DNA from: Deltaproteobacteria bacterium
GTDB taxonomy: Bacteria; Desulfobacterota; JADFVX01
DNA: 64,000 bases
Direction: 5' to 3'
Assembly (NCBI GenBank): GCA_029860075.1
Contig: JAOUBX010000011.1
Location: 11,031 to 75,030 of the forward strand
In this document: piece after piece, positions 1 through 12,511 of the stretch
Layout: the number at the start of each line of letters is the position of its first letter
How positions within the stretch are numbered: position 1 is the stretch's first letter
Translations under genes and position numbers: made by a program
The notes under the pieces: model-generated
What the model was told of the DNA's origin: nothing
Databases searched by the model: none
The model's input: the letters and a program-made list of their open reading frames with translations, nothing else

Positions 1-840
1 CCGTCTCCTTGCAAACCCTGCAACCGTCGCCACGACAAATAACACACTCAATGTCGACCTCAGCGCTGGGTTCGGTAAAAGGAAAGAAACTGGGCCGAAA
101 TCTCAGGTTGACATGGCTGCCGAACATTTTATGAACGAAGGCCGTTAGCAGTCCCTTCAATTGAGCAAAGGACACGTTTTTATCGACAACAAAACCCTCA
201 ACCTGGTGAAACATGGGCGTATGAGTAACGTCTGAGTCACACCGGTAGACCGTGCCGGGAGCAATAATCCTCATGGGAGGCTCATATTTCTCCATGGTCC
301 TTATCTGTACGGGTGATGTATGGGTCCTTAAAAGCAGGTCTTCCGAAACATAAAAAGTATCCTGCATTTCTCTTGCGGGGTGGTCTTTGGGAATATTAAG
401 GGCTTCGAAATTGTAGTAATCCGTCTCTATGTCGGGACCTTCCTCTACAGTAAAACCCAGAGGAATAAGAGCGGCACAGATCTCTTCCAGTATGGTCGTT
501 ACAGGATGAAGAGAACCGACGGAAACTCTCCTGCCCGGAAGTGTCAGGTCAACACCTTCCGACTGAATCTTTTTCTCTGTTGCAGCCCGGGAAATGTGGG
601 CAAACTTTTGAGATAAAACTTCTTCAATTTCTGCTTTTATCTCGTTTGCCCGTTTTCCGAGTTGAGGACGCTCTTTGGCGTCCAGTGAGCCTACCTTTTT
701 CAGGATATGGCTGATTTTCCCTTTTTTACCGAGATAGCCAACCCTGATTTTTTCCAGGCCCTCTTCCGAACGGGAACCTTCGATTGCTTCTTCCGCCTCT
801 GCTTTAAAAGCATCAAGACTGTCTAGGAGCTCACCAAGCA
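1..840 (-). CDS. pheS: Phenylalanine--tRNA ligase alpha subunit, 3'-truncated by window edge (N-terminal ~280 aa present)
   Basis: Minus-strand translation from ATG at 838-840 gives MLGELLDSLDAFKAEAEEAIEGSRSEE...FRPSFFPFTEPSAEVD, typical PheS. Conserved operon position after rplT. Absent from the ORF track because it runs off the window. Confidence 0.85.
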
Positions 841-847
841 TAGGGAA

Positions 848-1207
848 TCAGGCTTTGAGAGCACCTTTGGCTACGTCTGAAACAGCCGTAAAGCCTTTGG
901 GATCTGAAACAGCCATCTCTGCCAGAATTTTCCTATCGAGAGATACGGCCGCTTTTTTCAGTCCATTTATAAGCCTGCTGTATGAAATACCATTCATCCT
1001 GGCTGCCGCATTAATCCTGGCAATCCAGAGCTTTCTGAAGTCCCTTTTCTTAAGTTTTCTTCCTGTATATGCATAGGAGAGCGCCTTGTCAACAGCTTCT
1101 GTTGCTGTCCTGAAAAGCTTGCTCCTTGCCCCCCTGTAACCCTTGGCGAGTTTAAGTACCTTGTTTCTTCTTCTTCTGGCCTTAACACCTCTTTTAGTTC
1201 TTGCCAT
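848..1207 (-). CDS. rplT: 50S ribosomal protein L20
   Basis: 119 aa [26 protein letters not shown]... canonical L20. Lies in the infC-rpmI-rplT operon. Confidence 0.95.
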   Translation of the reverse strand: MARTKRGVKARRRRNKVLKLAKGYRGARSKLFRTATEAVDKALSYAYTGRKLKKRDFRKLWIARINAAARMNGISYSRLINGLKKAAVSLDRKILAEMAVSDPKGFTAVSDVAKGALKA

Positions 1208-1287
1208 TTTTTAACGTGCTCCTTCTTTACTAATTGATATTGTTCCGGCGATTAGACTTTTTTTATTAAACAAATCGTAAAAATTTC

Positions 1288-1485
1288 TTACGCGTAAGGT
1301 ATCAACCTGGAAATGGATTTTTTATCGCTCTCTGCAACAAGTCCATCATGTCCAAGCTGTCTTTTCCTTTTTTGTGCCTTTTTGGTAAGAATGTGATTGG
1401 TATTGGCCTTTTGTCTTTTGATCTTGCCTGTACCGGTCACTTTGAATCTCTTGGCTGTTCCTCTGTTCGTCTTCATTTTCGGCAT
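1288..1485 (-). CDS. rpmI: 50S ribosomal protein L35
   Basis: 65 aa basic protein [24 protein letters not shown]... canonical L35. Confidence 0.95.
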   Translation of the reverse strand: MPKMKTNRGTAKRFKVTGTGKIKRQKANTNHILTKKAQKRKRQLGHDGLVAESDKKSISRLIPYA

Positions 1486-1508
1486 TGCTTCTTTCCTCCA
1501 GCGTTAAA

Positions 1509-2057
1509 TTACTTGTTATTACTCGTCTTTTTGGGCGCAAGGATCATGAACATGTTACGTCCTTCAACCTTGGGAAGGAATTCCACAACGGCATCCTCTT
1601 TCACCTCTTCGGAAACCCTGCTCAGTATCTGTCTCCCCTTATCCATATAGGCCATCTCTCTCCCCCTGAAGATGACACTTATTTTGACCTTATTACCTTC
1701 AGCCAGAAACTGCTTGGCATGTTTTAACTTAAATTTGTAATCGTGTTCATCAATCTTTGGTCTGATTTTTATTTCTTTCAATATAACAACGGCTTGTTTT
1801 TTCTTCGCTTCATGAGCTTTTTTGCTCATTTCATACTTGTACTTGCCGTAGTCCATTATCTTACAGACAGGCGGGTCGGCCCCCGGCGCAATCTCAACCA
1901 GATCAAGTCCCCGGTCTTTGGCTTGTTCAAGCGCCTTATCAACAGAAATTATGCCAAGCTGGTTACCTTCATCATCAATTGCTCTGACCTCCCTGGCCCT
2001 GATGTCTTCGTTAACTCTTACCTTGTCCTTATTGTCTGCTGCTCTTCCTCGTTTAAT
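1509..2057 (-). CDS. infC: Translation initiation factor IF-3 with non-AUG (AUU) start
   Basis: Track ORF 1509..1856 is the C-terminal domain only. The frame stays open upstream, giving IIKRGRAADNKDKVRVNEDIRAREVRAIDDEGNQLGIISVDKALEQAKDRGLDLVEIAPGADPPVCKIMDYGKY. AUU at 2055-2057 is preceded by AGGAGG, matching the known autoregulatory AUU start of infC. Confidence 0.88.
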   Translation of the reverse strand: MKRGRAADNKDKVRVNEDIRAREVRAIDDEGNQLGIISVDKALEQAKDRGLDLVEIAPGADPPVCKIMDYGKYKYEMSKKAHEAKKKQAVVILKEIKIRPKIDEHDYKFKLKHAKQFLAEGNKVKISVIFRGREMAYMDKGRQILSRVSEEVKEDAVVEFLPKVEGRNMFMILAPKKTSNNK

Positions 2058-2088
2058 TATGGCCTGCCTCCTGTTTTAAATTAATGTT

Positions 2089-4014
2089 TTAAATACTAAT
2101 ATTGCATTCTTTTTTCAGCAAATCAACAAAAGATTGGGGAGTCATAGCACTTAGCGACTCACCTGACCTCGATCTTGGCGAAATAGTGCCCCCTTCAACC
2201 TCTTTATCGCCGATAACGATCATATATGGAATCTTCTGCAGTTGGGCTTCCCTGATCTTGAAGCCGAGCTTTTCATTCCTGTAATCACCTTCCACCCTCA
2301 TGCCTTCGCTTCTCAGTTTTTCCTCAACCTCTTTGGCATAATCCATTTGCTTGTCCGTAATATTAATTATCACTGCCTGAACAGGTGCAAGCCAGGTTGG
2401 AAAAGCGCCGGCAAAGTGCTCCGTCAATATACCGATAAATCTTTCAATAGATCCGAGAATGACCCTGTGGATCATAACAGGCCTGTGCTTCTCACCATCC
2501 TTACCGATATAGGAGAGATCAAATCTCTCGGGGAGGGTAAAATCACACTGGATTGTTGCACATTGCCATTCTCTTTCAAGACAATCCCGAAGCTTAACAT
2601 CTATCTTGGGGCCGTAAAAAGCGCCGTCACCTTCATTAAGATCATATTCGAGGCCCAGATCGTCGAGGGTTTTCATGAGCGCCCCTGTGGCCCTCTCCCA
2701 GTCTTCATCTGAACCGATCGATTTTTCAGGCCGTGTACTTACCTCCATCTTGTATGGAAAGCCGAAAATATCCATGATATGGCTTATAAATTCGATAACA
2801 CCTCTGATCTCATCATTGAGCTGTTCGGGTGTACAGAGAAGATGGGCGTCATCCTGGGTAAAACCCCGAACCCTCAAAAGACCGTGCAGCACACCTGACT
2901 TTTCGTGGCGATGTACGGTACCGAGTTCAAAATACCTGAGAGGAAGATCCCTGTAACTCCTCACCCTGGAGGCATAAATAATCATATGAGCCAGGCAATT
3001 CATGGGCTTTACGCCGTAACCTATACCCTCAACATCGGTAAAATACATATTTTCCCGATAGTTTTCATAGTGGCCCGACTTCTTCCAGAGATCTGTTCTT
3101 AGTAACTGCGGCCCCTGAACAATATGATAGCCACGTTTGATATGTTCTTTGCGCTCAAACTCTTCAAGCAGATATTTAAGCATGGCCCCCTTGGGATGAT
3201 AAATAACCATTCCGGCGCCTGCTTCTTCGTTTATTTCAAAGAGATCCAGGTCTTTGCCGACACGTCTGTGGTCTCTCTTTTTTGCCTCTTCCAGCCTGTT
3301 CAGGTAGGCTTTAAGCTCTTTTTCCGTAGAGAAAGCCGTGGCATAAATCCTCTGAAGCATGGGTTTGCTTTCATCACCCCTCCAGTAGGCGCCTGCCACG
3401 CTGAGAAGTTTAAATACGCCCGCCTTTCCTGTCGACGGAAGGTGCGGCCCCCTGCAAAGATCAACCCACTCACCCTGCCTGTAGAGAGAAACCTTATCAT
3501 CGGCAACGGAATTAATGAGTTCAACCTTATAGGATTCTCCCATTTTCTCAAAGAGCCTGACCGCCTCATCCTTTGAGACAATTTCCCTCTCTATGGGAAG
3601 ATCTCTTTTAACGATCTGAGCCATTTTCGCTTCGATCTTTTCAAAATCTTCCGGCGTAAACTGACCGTCAAAATCAAAATCGTAATAAAACCCGTTATCG
3701 ATAACCGGTCCTATAGTCACATGAGCATCGCCATAGAGCTCCTGAACGGCCTGGGCCATAATGTGAGAAGAAGAATGACGGTATATTTCAAGGCCTTCCT
3801 CACTCTTGACGGTAATAATCTCAATGGAAGCATCTTCTTCGATGGCCGTCGAAAGATCGACGAGATCACCGTTAAGCTTTCCCGCTATAGCATCTTTACC
3901 CAGCCTGTTCCCTATTGAGTAAGCAAATTCACCAACAGTAGAGCCTTTTGCGGCTTCTCTCGATGAACCATCGGGTAATGTAAGATTTACTGATTCCAAA
4001 ACTTTTACTTCCAA
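2089..4014 (-). CDS. thrS: Threonine--tRNA ligase
   Basis: 641 aa, TGS/ThrRS class II domains. Classic thrS-infC-rpmI-rplT-pheS order. Confidence 0.95.
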   Translation of the reverse strand: MEVKVLESVNLTLPDGSSREAAKGSTVGEFAYSIGNRLGKDAIAGKLNGDLVDLSTAIEEDASIEIITVKSEEGLEIYRHSSSHIMAQAVQELYGDAHVTIGPVIDNGFYYDFDFDGQFTPEDFEKIEAKMAQIVKRDLPIEREIVSKDEAVRLFEKMGESYKVELINSVADDKVSLYRQGEWVDLCRGPHLPSTGKAGVFKLLSVAGAYWRGDESKPMLQRIYATAFSTEKELKAYLNRLEEAKKRDHRRVGKDLDLFEINEEAGAGMVIYHPKGAMLKYLLEEFERKEHIKRGYHIVQGPQLLRTDLWKKSGHYENYRENMYFTDVEGIGYGVKPMNCLAHMIIYASRVRSYRDLPLRYFELGTVHRHEKSGVLHGLLRVRGFTQDDAHLLCTPEQLNDEIRGVIEFISHIMDIFGFPYKMEVSTRPEKSIGSDEDWERATGALMKTLDDLGLEYDLNEGDGAFYGPKIDVKLRDCLEREWQCATIQCDFTLPERFDLSYIGKDGEKHRPVMIHRVILGSIERFIGILTEHFAGAFPTWLAPVQAVIINITDKQMDYAKEVEEKLRSEGMRVEGDYRNEKLGFKIREAQLQKIPYMIVIGDKEVEGGTISPRSRSGESLSAMTPQSFVDLLKKECNISI

Positions 4015-4131
4015 AACTTAACTAAAAACTCCAAAAAGAGAATGTAAAAAAGAGGCATCGCATGGCATTTGCACGATGCCCCTTTGTGTCGTATAAATCT
4101 TAAATTGACGGTTGATACGACACCAGATTCA

Positions 4132-4206
4132 TGGTAGGCGCGGGCGGTTTCGAACCGCCGACCTCTACCGTGTCAGGGTAGCGCTCTCCCCCTGAGCTAC
4201 GCGCCT
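4132..4206 (-). tRNA. tRNA-Val (anticodon GAC)
   Basis: Minus-strand sequence AGGCGCGTAGCTCAGGGGGAGAGCGCTACCCTGACACGGTAGAGGTCGGCGGTTCGAAACCGCCCGCGCCTACCA folds as a cloverleaf. It has a 7-bp acceptor, U8, GTTCGAAA T-loop and anticodon loop CTGACAC, with 3' CCA encoded. Confidence 0.85.
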
Positions 4207-4406
4207 TCAAATCCTTTATTTTCTTCTATTTACCTTTGTCAAATAAACGAAAAGCCTCAAACGCTTTCACCTTCATAAACCAAAGCAAGGCAAAAGTGAT
4301 TCAGGCAATGGCTGATTGTAACACAACCCGCGATTCTGTCAAGGAAAATTATCATTTTTTACAGCAATTTAAAGGGAAAAATGTCTATATTGATAGAGAT
4401 TAATAA

Positions 4407-5897
4407 TTATTTCCTCCGCCCACCACTGCCGCCGCGTCCCCGGTAGCCTCCCTTGCCGTAGCCACCTCCTCCGGGCCTTTTGTTTCCACCATATCTCTTC
4501 TGACCCCCGTATTGCTTCCGGCCGCCATACTGTGATTTAAACCTGTGCATCATTTTCTCAACGGCGCCACTGCTGAAACCTATCCTGTTGGGCCCCGCCA
4601 CCTTCTGGTCATCAAGAAGCAGGGAAAGGGCCTTGCAAGCGAGACTGGTTACATCCATCTCTCCAGAGAGGCCTTGAACCATATCCAGAATCTCATCATC
4701 AAAATCCCTGTCTTTAAGCCTGGCAAAGAGATCATCCATATAATTCTGTTTGACTTCATGAATAGAGGGAACCTCCCTGTACTTGATAGGGGCGCCGGAA
4801 ACCTTCATGATGCGACTAAGTTCCTTAAATTCCAGCGGCGTCACAAGCGTTATGGCCACCCCTTTTTTACCTGCACGCCCAGTACGTCCTATGCGATGAA
4901 TGTAGCTCTCAGGATTAAAGGGTATGTGATAGTTAAAGACATGAGTAACGTCAGTAATGTCAAGTCCCCTGGCGGCAACGTCTGTGGCAACAAGCATATC
5001 GGACTGACCTTTCTTGAAACTGGCTATCGTTTCGTTACGCTGGCGCTGCTCCATATCACCGTGCAGGGCACGGGCTGAATAGCCGCGGGAAACGAGAACG
5101 GTGGAAAGATTGTCAGCCTCCCTCTTGGTCCGGCAAAATACAATGGACTTGCCCGGTGACTCCGTATCAATAAGACGAACCATGGCCTCTTCACGCTCAC
5201 GCTCTTCAATAACGTAATAATGCTGGGCAATATCGACGTTTGTCGTTACCTCTTTAGGCGTTACATCGATAGAAACAGGAGTTTTGAGAATCTTATTGGC
5301 CAGCTTTCTAATGGCCGGCGGCATGGTTGCCGAGAAAAGAAGGGTCTGCCTCTCTTCGGGGAGAAACTTGAATATTGCCTCGATATCTTCCAAAAACCCC
5401 ATATCGAGCATTTCATCGGCTTCATCGAGAACGACGACGGAAGGTGCAAAATTTCTGAATCTCTTTGACCTTAAGTGATCGAGCAATCTTCCCGGTGTAG
5501 CCGTTACGACATTTGCCCCCCTCTGGATCATTTCCACCTGTCTCGATATGGATTGCCCACCATATACGGCAACGGTCTTCACCCCTGCATAGCGGCCCAG
5601 CCTGAACATCTCTTCACTCACCTGAGAAGCGAGCTCTCTTGTAGGTGCAATAATGAGAATCTCAACACCGCGCCCTCCCTTAATATTGTTCATAGAAGGA
5701 AGACCAAAGGCCGCTGTTTTGCCCGTTCCTGTCTGGGCCCGGGCAATGACATCACTCCCCTTCATAACAATAGGAATAGCCTGCTCCTGAATAGGGCTTG
5801 GCATCCTGAAACCGGCCTCCCTCACTCCTTTGGCTATATCCTTTTTAAAACCGAATGTATCAAAATTCACCTGTACATCATTATTATCAGTTGTCAT
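4407..5897 (-). CDS. deaD: DEAD-box ATP-dependent RNA helicase with C-terminal Gly/Arg-rich tail (DeaD/CsdA-like)
   Basis: Q-motif, AQTGTGKT (motif I), DEAD, SAT and HRIGRTGR motifs. C-terminal GGRGGYGKGGYRGRGG repeats. Long structured 5' UTR. Confidence 0.9.
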   Translation of the reverse strand: MTTDNNDVQVNFDTFGFKKDIAKGVREAGFRMPSPIQEQAIPIVMKGSDVIARAQTGTGKTAAFGLPSMNNIKGGRGVEILIIAPTRELASQVSEEMFRLGRYAGVKTVAVYGGQSISRQVEMIQRGANVVTATPGRLLDHLRSKRFRNFAPSVVVLDEADEMLDMGFLEDIEAIFKFLPEERQTLLFSATMPPAIRKLANKILKTPVSIDVTPKEVTTNVDIAQHYYVIEEREREEAMVRLIDTESPGKSIVFCRTKREADNLSTVLVSRGYSARALHGDMEQRQRNETIASFKKGQSDMLVATDVAARGLDITDVTHVFNYHIPFNPESYIHRIGRTGRAGKKGVAITLVTPLEFKELSRIMKVSGAPIKYREVPSIHEVKQNYMDDLFARLKDRDFDDEILDMVQGLSGEMDVTSLACKALSLLLDDQKVAGPNRIGFSSGAVEKMMHRFKSQYGGRKQYGGQKRYGGNKRPGGGGYGKGGYRGRGGSGGRRK

Positions 5898-6162
5898 TAT
5901 TCCTCTGTATTTAAATTAATTTTTATAGAATGCCGCAAGGGAAAAGAATCTGCCACAGGGACAAATCCCAACCATATAACGACCCCATATTGAATGGGTA
6001 ACCACTTTTCTTTTAACCTGGAAACAGCTGTTGAACATGGTTTCCAGATTTATGGACGAAGTGGCATTTTTTCCCGGAAAAGGCCTGAAGAAACTTCTTT
6101 CAGATTGAGCAGAAATTGATTGCAGAAATGAAGGAAAGTTTAAACCACTTTGTCTCTATATA

Positions 6163-6190
6163 AAACTACGCCCTGCCTGCATTGCAGGCA
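6163..6190 (-). terminator. Rho-independent terminator downstream of typA
   Basis: GC hairpin CCCTGCCTGCA-ATG-CAGGCAGGG just after the typA stop on the minus strand, followed by a U-rich tract. Confidence 0.55.
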
Positions 6191-6207
6191 GGGAAATCAC
6201 TCGAACA

Positions 6208-8019
6208 TCACTCCTTGTTACGAGGCCTCTTATTGGCCTGAAGGACTTTCTTTCTTAGCCTCATCGAATTGGGTGTTATCTCCAGAAGTTCATCTTCCTT
6301 AATAAAATCGATGGCCTCCTCAAGGCTAAGAAGTTTTGGAGGAATGAGTTGCAGTGACTCGTCAGAACCGGATGCTCGCATATTGGTGAGTTTCTTTTCC
6401 TTAATAACATTAACGTCAAGATCATTATCCCTGGAATTTTCACCAATAATCATTCCCTCATAAACCTCGGTCCCTTCTTTGACGAAAAGGATACCTCTCG
6501 GCTGGAGGTGAAAAAGAGCATACATGGTCGTTTTACCGGGACGGTCTGCAACGAGAGTACCGGTATTTCTTTTTGTCATAGGTCCATGCCACGGTTTATA
6601 GCCGTCAAAAAGATGATTCATGAGTCCTGTTCCTCTTGTATCTGTCAGAAACTGGGATCTGAAAGCGATGAGCCCCCGTGAAGGGATGCTGAATTCGAGG
6701 CTCACCCTGCCATGACCACCGTTTTGCATATTGCGCATCTTACCCTTTCTCTCACCGGCAAGCTGTGTTACGGCGCCTACGTACTCTTCGGGAACATCAA
6801 TAACCAGCAATTCCATGGGCTCATGAAGAGTACCGTTAATCTCTTTGGTAATGGTCTCAGGCATAGCAACAGAGAGTTCATAACCCTCTCTCCTCATCAT
6901 CTCGATGAGAATGGCAAGTTGCAGTTCTCCCCTCCCCATGACTTTAAAAGAATCGGTACCGTCGAAATCAACTTTAATGGAAACATTGTAGAGAAGTTCC
7001 TTCTCCAGTCTGTCCCTTAAGTTTCTCGACGTGACCAGTTTTCCGTCCCTGCCTGATAAGGGGGATGTATTAATGGAAAAAACCATGGAAATCGTCGGCT
7101 CATCAACCTGGATCCGAGGCAAAGGTAAAGGCTTTTCAATATCCGTAACGGTATCACCGATATTAATTCCCTCGATACCTGCAAGAAGAACAATATCACC
7201 GGCCGACGCTTTCTTCACTTCCTTACGGCCAAGACCATGGAATTTGTAGAGTGAGGTGATCTTTTTTCTCTCCGGTTCACCACCACTCCCTATAAGAGCC
7301 ACATTATCTCCAACGGAAACAGTACCGGAGAATATCCTTCCAATAGCAAGTCTCCCTAGAAAGTCATCGTAATCAATGTTCGTAATAAGAAGTTGAGCTA
7401 TTCCGTCCACCTCGCCCGTAGGTCCCGGAATAGTTTTAAGTATAAGATCAAAGAGGGGCCTTAAATCGGCAGACTCTTCTTCAAGTTCGTTTTTGGCAAT
7501 ACCATCCCTGGCAATGGTATAAATGATGGGAAACTCAAGCTGATCCTCATCTGCATCGAGGTCGATAAACATATCATAAACTTCGTTGAGTACTTCCTGT
7601 ATCCTCGAATCAGGCCTGTCAATCTTGTTAACAACGAGGATGGGTACCAATTTCAGTTCGAGCGCCTTTTTGAGTACAAAACGTGTCTGCGGCAAGGGGC
7701 CCTCTGAAGCATCGACGAGGAGCAGCACGCCATCGACCATTTTGAGGGTTCTCTCTACCTCACCACCGAAGTCAGCATGGCCCGGCGTATCAACGATGTT
7801 GATAGTAGTACCTTCATAATCAATGGCCGTACTCTTGGCAGCGATAGTAATACCACGTTCTTTTTCAAGATCAATATTATCCATCACCCTTTCATCGACT
7901 TTTTCGTTGGCCCTGAAGGTGCCGGCCTGCTTAAGCATGGCATCGACAAGAGTTGTTTTACCATGGTCAACATGGGCTACAATCGCTATATTTCTAAGAT
8001 CTTCGCGTATCATAAACAT
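6208..8019 (-). CDS. typA: Ribosome-associated translational GTPase TypA/BipA
   Basis: Track ORF 6208..8226 has a spurious N-terminal extension over a palindromic repeat. The real start is [26 protein letters not shown] at 8017-8019 (604 aa), matching BipA length and G-domain motifs. Confidence 0.9.
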   Translation of the reverse strand: MFMIREDLRNIAIVAHVDHGKTTLVDAMLKQAGTFRANEKVDERVMDNIDLEKERGITIAAKSTAIDYEGTTINIVDTPGHADFGGEVERTLKMVDGVLLLVDASEGPLPQTRFVLKKALELKLVPILVVNKIDRPDSRIQEVLNEVYDMFIDLDADEDQLEFPIIYTIARDGIAKNELEEESADLRPLFDLILKTIPGPTGEVDGIAQLLITNIDYDDFLGRLAIGRIFSGTVSVGDNVALIGSGGEPERKKITSLYKFHGLGRKEVKKASAGDIVLLAGIEGINIGDTVTDIEKPLPLPRIQVDEPTISMVFSINTSPLSGRDGKLVTSRNLRDRLEKELLYNVSIKVDFDGTDSFKVMGRGELQLAILIEMMRREGYELSVAMPETITKEINGTLHEPMELLVIDVPEEYVGAVTQLAGERKGKMRNMQNGGHGRVSLEFSIPSRGLIAFRSQFLTDTRGTGLMNHLFDGYKPWHGPMTKRNTGTLVADRPGKTTMYALFHLQPRGILFVKEGTEVYEGMIIGENSRDNDLDVNVIKEKKLTNMRASGSDESLQLIPPKLLSLEEAIDFIKEDELLEITPNSMRLRKKVLQANKRPRNKE

Positions 8020-8392
8020 TCCTGAATTTAAGTATTTTAATTTGAGAAAATGAACTGTAAGGTTTTGCAGATGGGGAGGAATAAATCTCTTCGAAAGAAA
8101 ATACCGCCTTGAATCCTTCTTTAAAACACTACTAAAAAAGGGAATTATAACATAATCAAACAAAATTAGACACAAGAAAATCTTTTGAGATGGGTCAGCG
8201 GGCTCATGCTTCGACAAGCTCAGCATGACAAAGTTTGAAACAGCATTTATAAAATGTCACCCTGAGCTTGTCGAAGGGGAATTTATATACGCCAATCATC
8301 CAGCTAACTTCTCATTTCTCTTGACAATTTCTTAATATTACTGTTATTTTAGCCGTTTCTTTTTACCAAATTTCTATCAGGAGGATTTATAA

Positions 8393-9406
<1,014 letters not shown>

Positions 9407-9412
9407 TACTCT

Positions 9413-10069
9413 ATGGATAGCAGGGAAAAGAACCGATCTACCATCTTCGCCGTTGAAGGACGTCCCTTTTACGGGACGCTTATTGCTGTTACCGTTATCG
9501 TTGCCATTGGCCAGTGCGCATGGTGGACACTATTGCTGGGCGGACTGACGGCCTTTGTCATGTACTTTTTCAGAAATCCTGAAAGGACCATCCCTGCTGA
9601 CGAGGGCGCCGTCATCGCACCGGCAGACGGTAGAATAGTCCAGAGAAGGCATGTGCAGGAAGATGAATTTATTGGCGGCGAAGCAATTAAGGTAAGTGTT
9701 TTCATGAACGTATTTAATGTTCATGTCAACAGGTCGCCTTACAAGGGAACAGTAAAAAAAGTCGTCTATCACCATGGCAAGTTTCTTAATGCCAGCCTTG
9801 ACAAAGCCTCCGAGCATAACGAAAGAAACGGTGTGCTTATGGAGACAGACAATGGGAAGAAGCTTCTCTTTGTTCAGATTGCCGGCCTTGTTGCAAGAAG
9901 GATTGTATGCTATGTTTCAGAAGGGGATAAACTGGAAAAGGGCGAACGCTTCGGACTCATCCGTTTTGGTTCCAGGGTAGATGTATATTTTCCTCCTGAT
10001 TCTAAAATTGAAGTCAACCTGGGCGATAAAGTTGTTGCAGGGGAGACGATACTTGGCTATATTGATTAA
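9413..10069 (+). CDS. psd: Phosphatidylserine decarboxylase (archaeal-type, short form)
   Basis: 218 aa with GLVARRIVCYVSEGDKLEKGERFGLIRFGSRVDVYFP, a PSD-family C-terminal self-cleavage region. Followed by pssA. Confidence 0.8.
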   Translation: MDSREKNRSTIFAVEGRPFYGTLIAVTVIVAIGQCAWWTLLLGGLTAFVMYFFRNPERTIPADEGAVIAPADGRIVQRRHVQEDEFIGGEAIKVSVFMNVFNVHVNRSPYKGTVKKVVYHHGKFLNASLDKASEHNERNGVLMETDNGKKLLFVQIAGLVARRIVCYVSEGDKLEKGERFGLIRFGSRVDVYFPPDSKIEVNLGDKVVAGETILGYID

Positions 10070-10071
10070 TC

Positions 10072-10848
10072 ATGGGCCATAAGCTTTCAAGAGACAACAT
10101 GAAGAAGGGAATTTATATCCTTCCCAACCTCTTTACGACGGGAGCTCTTTTTTTCGGATTTTATTCCGTCGTCTCTTCCTATAATGGTGATTATAAATGG
10201 GCAGCCATTTCCATCGTCATATCAGCTATATTCGATACACTCGATGGGAAAGTAGCCCGATTGACGGGAACAACAAGCAAGTTTGGTGTTGAATACGACT
10301 CACTTGCTGACCTTATCTCCTTCGGCATGGCGCCTGCCTTTCTTGCCTATACCTGGGCTCTTATCCCCTTTGGAAGATACGGATGGCTTGCGGCCTTCCT
10401 CTATCTGACATGTGCAGCGCTCAGACTGGCACGTTTTAACGTTCAGGTAGAAACGGTAGAGAAAACACGTTTTAAAGGTGTTCCTTCACCTGCCGCGGCA
10501 GGCATGATCGCCATTACAGTGCTGCTTTCCTACCACCTTGGAGGTATAGGAAGTACAAAGCATTTCACCATATTGCTTATGGTTTACTTCCTCGCCTTTT
10601 TGATGGTATCTAACGTTACTTACAGGAGCTTTAAAGAACTGGAGTTTTCCAAACGGCAGCCTTTCAGTCTCCTCGTCGTTGCAGTGCTTCTTTTGATACT
10701 CATCATTGCCGAACCGCAGGTCATGCTTTTTACCATCGGTGTAATCTACCTCATATCCGGCCCAGTAGAACTCATGCTTAACCTTGCAAAACGTAAAGCC
10801 AGAGATTCCAAGCTGTCTGAAACCAAGAAAAAAGACACCGGAATCTGA
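10072..10848 (+). CDS. pssA: CDP-diacylglycerol--serine O-phosphatidyltransferase
   Basis: 258 aa CDP-alcohol phosphatidyltransferase motif DTLDGKVARLTGTTSKFGVEYDSLADLISFGMAPA. Multiple TM helices. Confidence 0.85.
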   Translation: MGHKLSRDNMKKGIYILPNLFTTGALFFGFYSVVSSYNGDYKWAAISIVISAIFDTLDGKVARLTGTTSKFGVEYDSLADLISFGMAPAFLAYTWALIPFGRYGWLAAFLYLTCAALRLARFNVQVETVEKTRFKGVPSPAAAGMIAITVLLSYHLGGIGSTKHFTILLMVYFLAFLMVSNVTYRSFKELEFSKRQPFSLLVVAVLLLILIIAEPQVMLFTIGVIYLISGPVELMLNLAKRKARDSKLSETKKKDTGI

Positions 10849-10905
10849 CCGCAGTCTGTTCAGAAAATTCCAACAATATAATTCTCTATTTTTTGGAAAT
10901 CCACA

Positions 10906-12438
10906 ATGAAAAAAAGAATTAAAATATTTGACACCACACTGAGAGACGGCGAGCAATCTCCCGGCGCCAGTATGAATATAGACGAAAAAGTTCGTGTCGC
11001 CCACCAGCTTGAAAAGTTGAATGTTGATATTATCGAAGCAGGCTTCCCTATTGCTTCTGAAGGTGATTTTGAGGCGGTTAAAAAGGTAGCAGAGACAATA
11101 AAAAGTTGTCACGTTGCAGGGCTTGCGAGAGCAAATAATAAGGACATAGACAGGGCCTGGGAGGCACTTAAAGGTGCAAAGCATCCGAGAATCCATACCT
11201 TCATTGCCACTTCCGATATTCACCTCAAATATAAACTCAAAAAAAGCAGGGACCAAGTCCTTGAAGCGGCAGTTGCTGCTGTAAAGCATGCCAAAAGTTA
11301 TACTGATAACGTGGAATTTTCAGCCGAAGACGCTGTAAGGAGTGATGTCGATTATCTTTGCAAAGTCGTTGAGGCTGTAATCGATGCAGGGGCAACGACT
11401 GTTAACATTCCCGATACCGTAGGATATGCCATACCTACCGAGTTCGGCAAACTTATCAAAACACTCCATGAACGAGTTCCTAATGTGGACAAAGCCGTTA
11501 TCAGCGTCCACTGCCATAATGATTTAGGACTTGCCGTTGCCAACTCTCTGGCAGCCATAGAAAACGGCGCTGGTCAGGTAGAGTGTACCATTAACGGCAT
11601 TGGTGAAAGGGCCGGCAATGCATCCCTCGAAGAAATCGTCATGGCTATTCGTACAAGGAGTGACCTTCTCGGTTTTGAAACGGGTATCGATACCTCCAAC
11701 CTCTATCCCGCCAGCAGGCTCATTACCCATATTACAGGTATGGTAGTACAGCCTAACAAAGCCATAGTAGGCGCTAATGCCTTTGCCCACGAAGCTGGTA
11801 TCCACCAGGATGGCGTACTTAAGGAAAAAAGTACTTACGAAATTATGACACCCGAATCTGTCGGTGTTTCTCAAAACCTGCTTGTACTTGGCAAACATTC
11901 AGGCAGGCATGCATTCAGGGAAAGAATTAAAGACCTTGGTTATGAACTGGACGATGAAAATCTCGACAAGGCCTTCTCAAGGTTTAAAAATCTTGCCGAC
12001 AAGAAAAAAGAGATTTTTGATGAAGACCTTGATGCCATTATTGCTGATGAAGTCATCAGGATTGATGAAAAGTACAAGCTTGCCTATCTTAACGTAAGCA
12101 GCGGCACCGTCACCGTACCGACAGCAACGGTGCAGATGGAGATGAACGGTGATAAAATACAGGAAGCAGGTTTTGGCGTCGGACCTGTTGATGCTGTTTA
12201 TGAAACCATCGCTAAAATTACAAAGACAAAAAGCAAACTTATCAGGTATTCAGTCAGTTCTGTTACGAGAGGAATGGATGCGCAAGGCGAGGTGACAGTC
12301 AGAGTGGAAGAAGGGGGCAAGACTGTTATTGGCCAGGGGGCTCATACGGACATTATTGTTGCAAGCGCCAAGGCCTACATAAATGCCCTTAATAAACTGG
12401 AATACAGGAAGAAGAAGGTCTGGACCGATCTACCCTGA
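10906..12438 (+). CDS. leuA: 2-isopropylmalate synthase
   Basis: 510 aa [23 protein letters not shown]... HMGL-like TIM barrel plus LeuA dimerisation domain. Confidence 0.95.
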   Translation: MKKRIKIFDTTLRDGEQSPGASMNIDEKVRVAHQLEKLNVDIIEAGFPIASEGDFEAVKKVAETIKSCHVAGLARANNKDIDRAWEALKGAKHPRIHTFIATSDIHLKYKLKKSRDQVLEAAVAAVKHAKSYTDNVEFSAEDAVRSDVDYLCKVVEAVIDAGATTVNIPDTVGYAIPTEFGKLIKTLHERVPNVDKAVISVHCHNDLGLAVANSLAAIENGAGQVECTINGIGERAGNASLEEIVMAIRTRSDLLGFETGIDTSNLYPASRLITHITGMVVQPNKAIVGANAFAHEAGIHQDGVLKEKSTYEIMTPESVGVSQNLLVLGKHSGRHAFRERIKDLGYELDDENLDKAFSRFKNLADKKKEIFDEDLDAIIADEVIRIDEKYKLAYLNVSSGTVTVPTATVQMEMNGDKIQEAGFGVGPVDAVYETIAKITKTKSKLIRYSVSSVTRGMDAQGEVTVRVEEGGKTVIGQGAHTDIIVASAKAYINALNKLEYRKKKVWTDLP

Positions 12439-12461
12439 TTTATAGGGAGACTTTATGACAA

Positions 12462-12497
12462 AAAAAAGGGGCGCCTGTTAAGGGCGCCCCTTTTTTT
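12462..12497. terminator. Bidirectional rho-independent terminator
   Basis: AAAAAAAAGGGGCGCC-TGTTAA-GGGCGCCCCTTTTTTT is a perfect GC stem flanked by A-run and T-run. It lies between convergent leuA (+) and the BI-1 gene (-). Confidence 0.8.
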
Positions 12498-12511
12498 GAT
12501 TAATAGTACGA

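Noticed and set aside
380-616. Plus-strand ORFs inside pheS, rplT, infC, thrS, deaD, typA, leuA and the large minus-strand genes (many track entries)
   Set aside because: They are antisense or out-of-frame overlaps of genes with strong homology, and are typical shadow ORFs.
6208-8226. 672-aa ORF as full-length typA
   Set aside because: The first 69 codons cover a palindromic repeat and have no homology. The conserved GTPase start MFMIRED at 8017-8019 gives a normal-length BipA.
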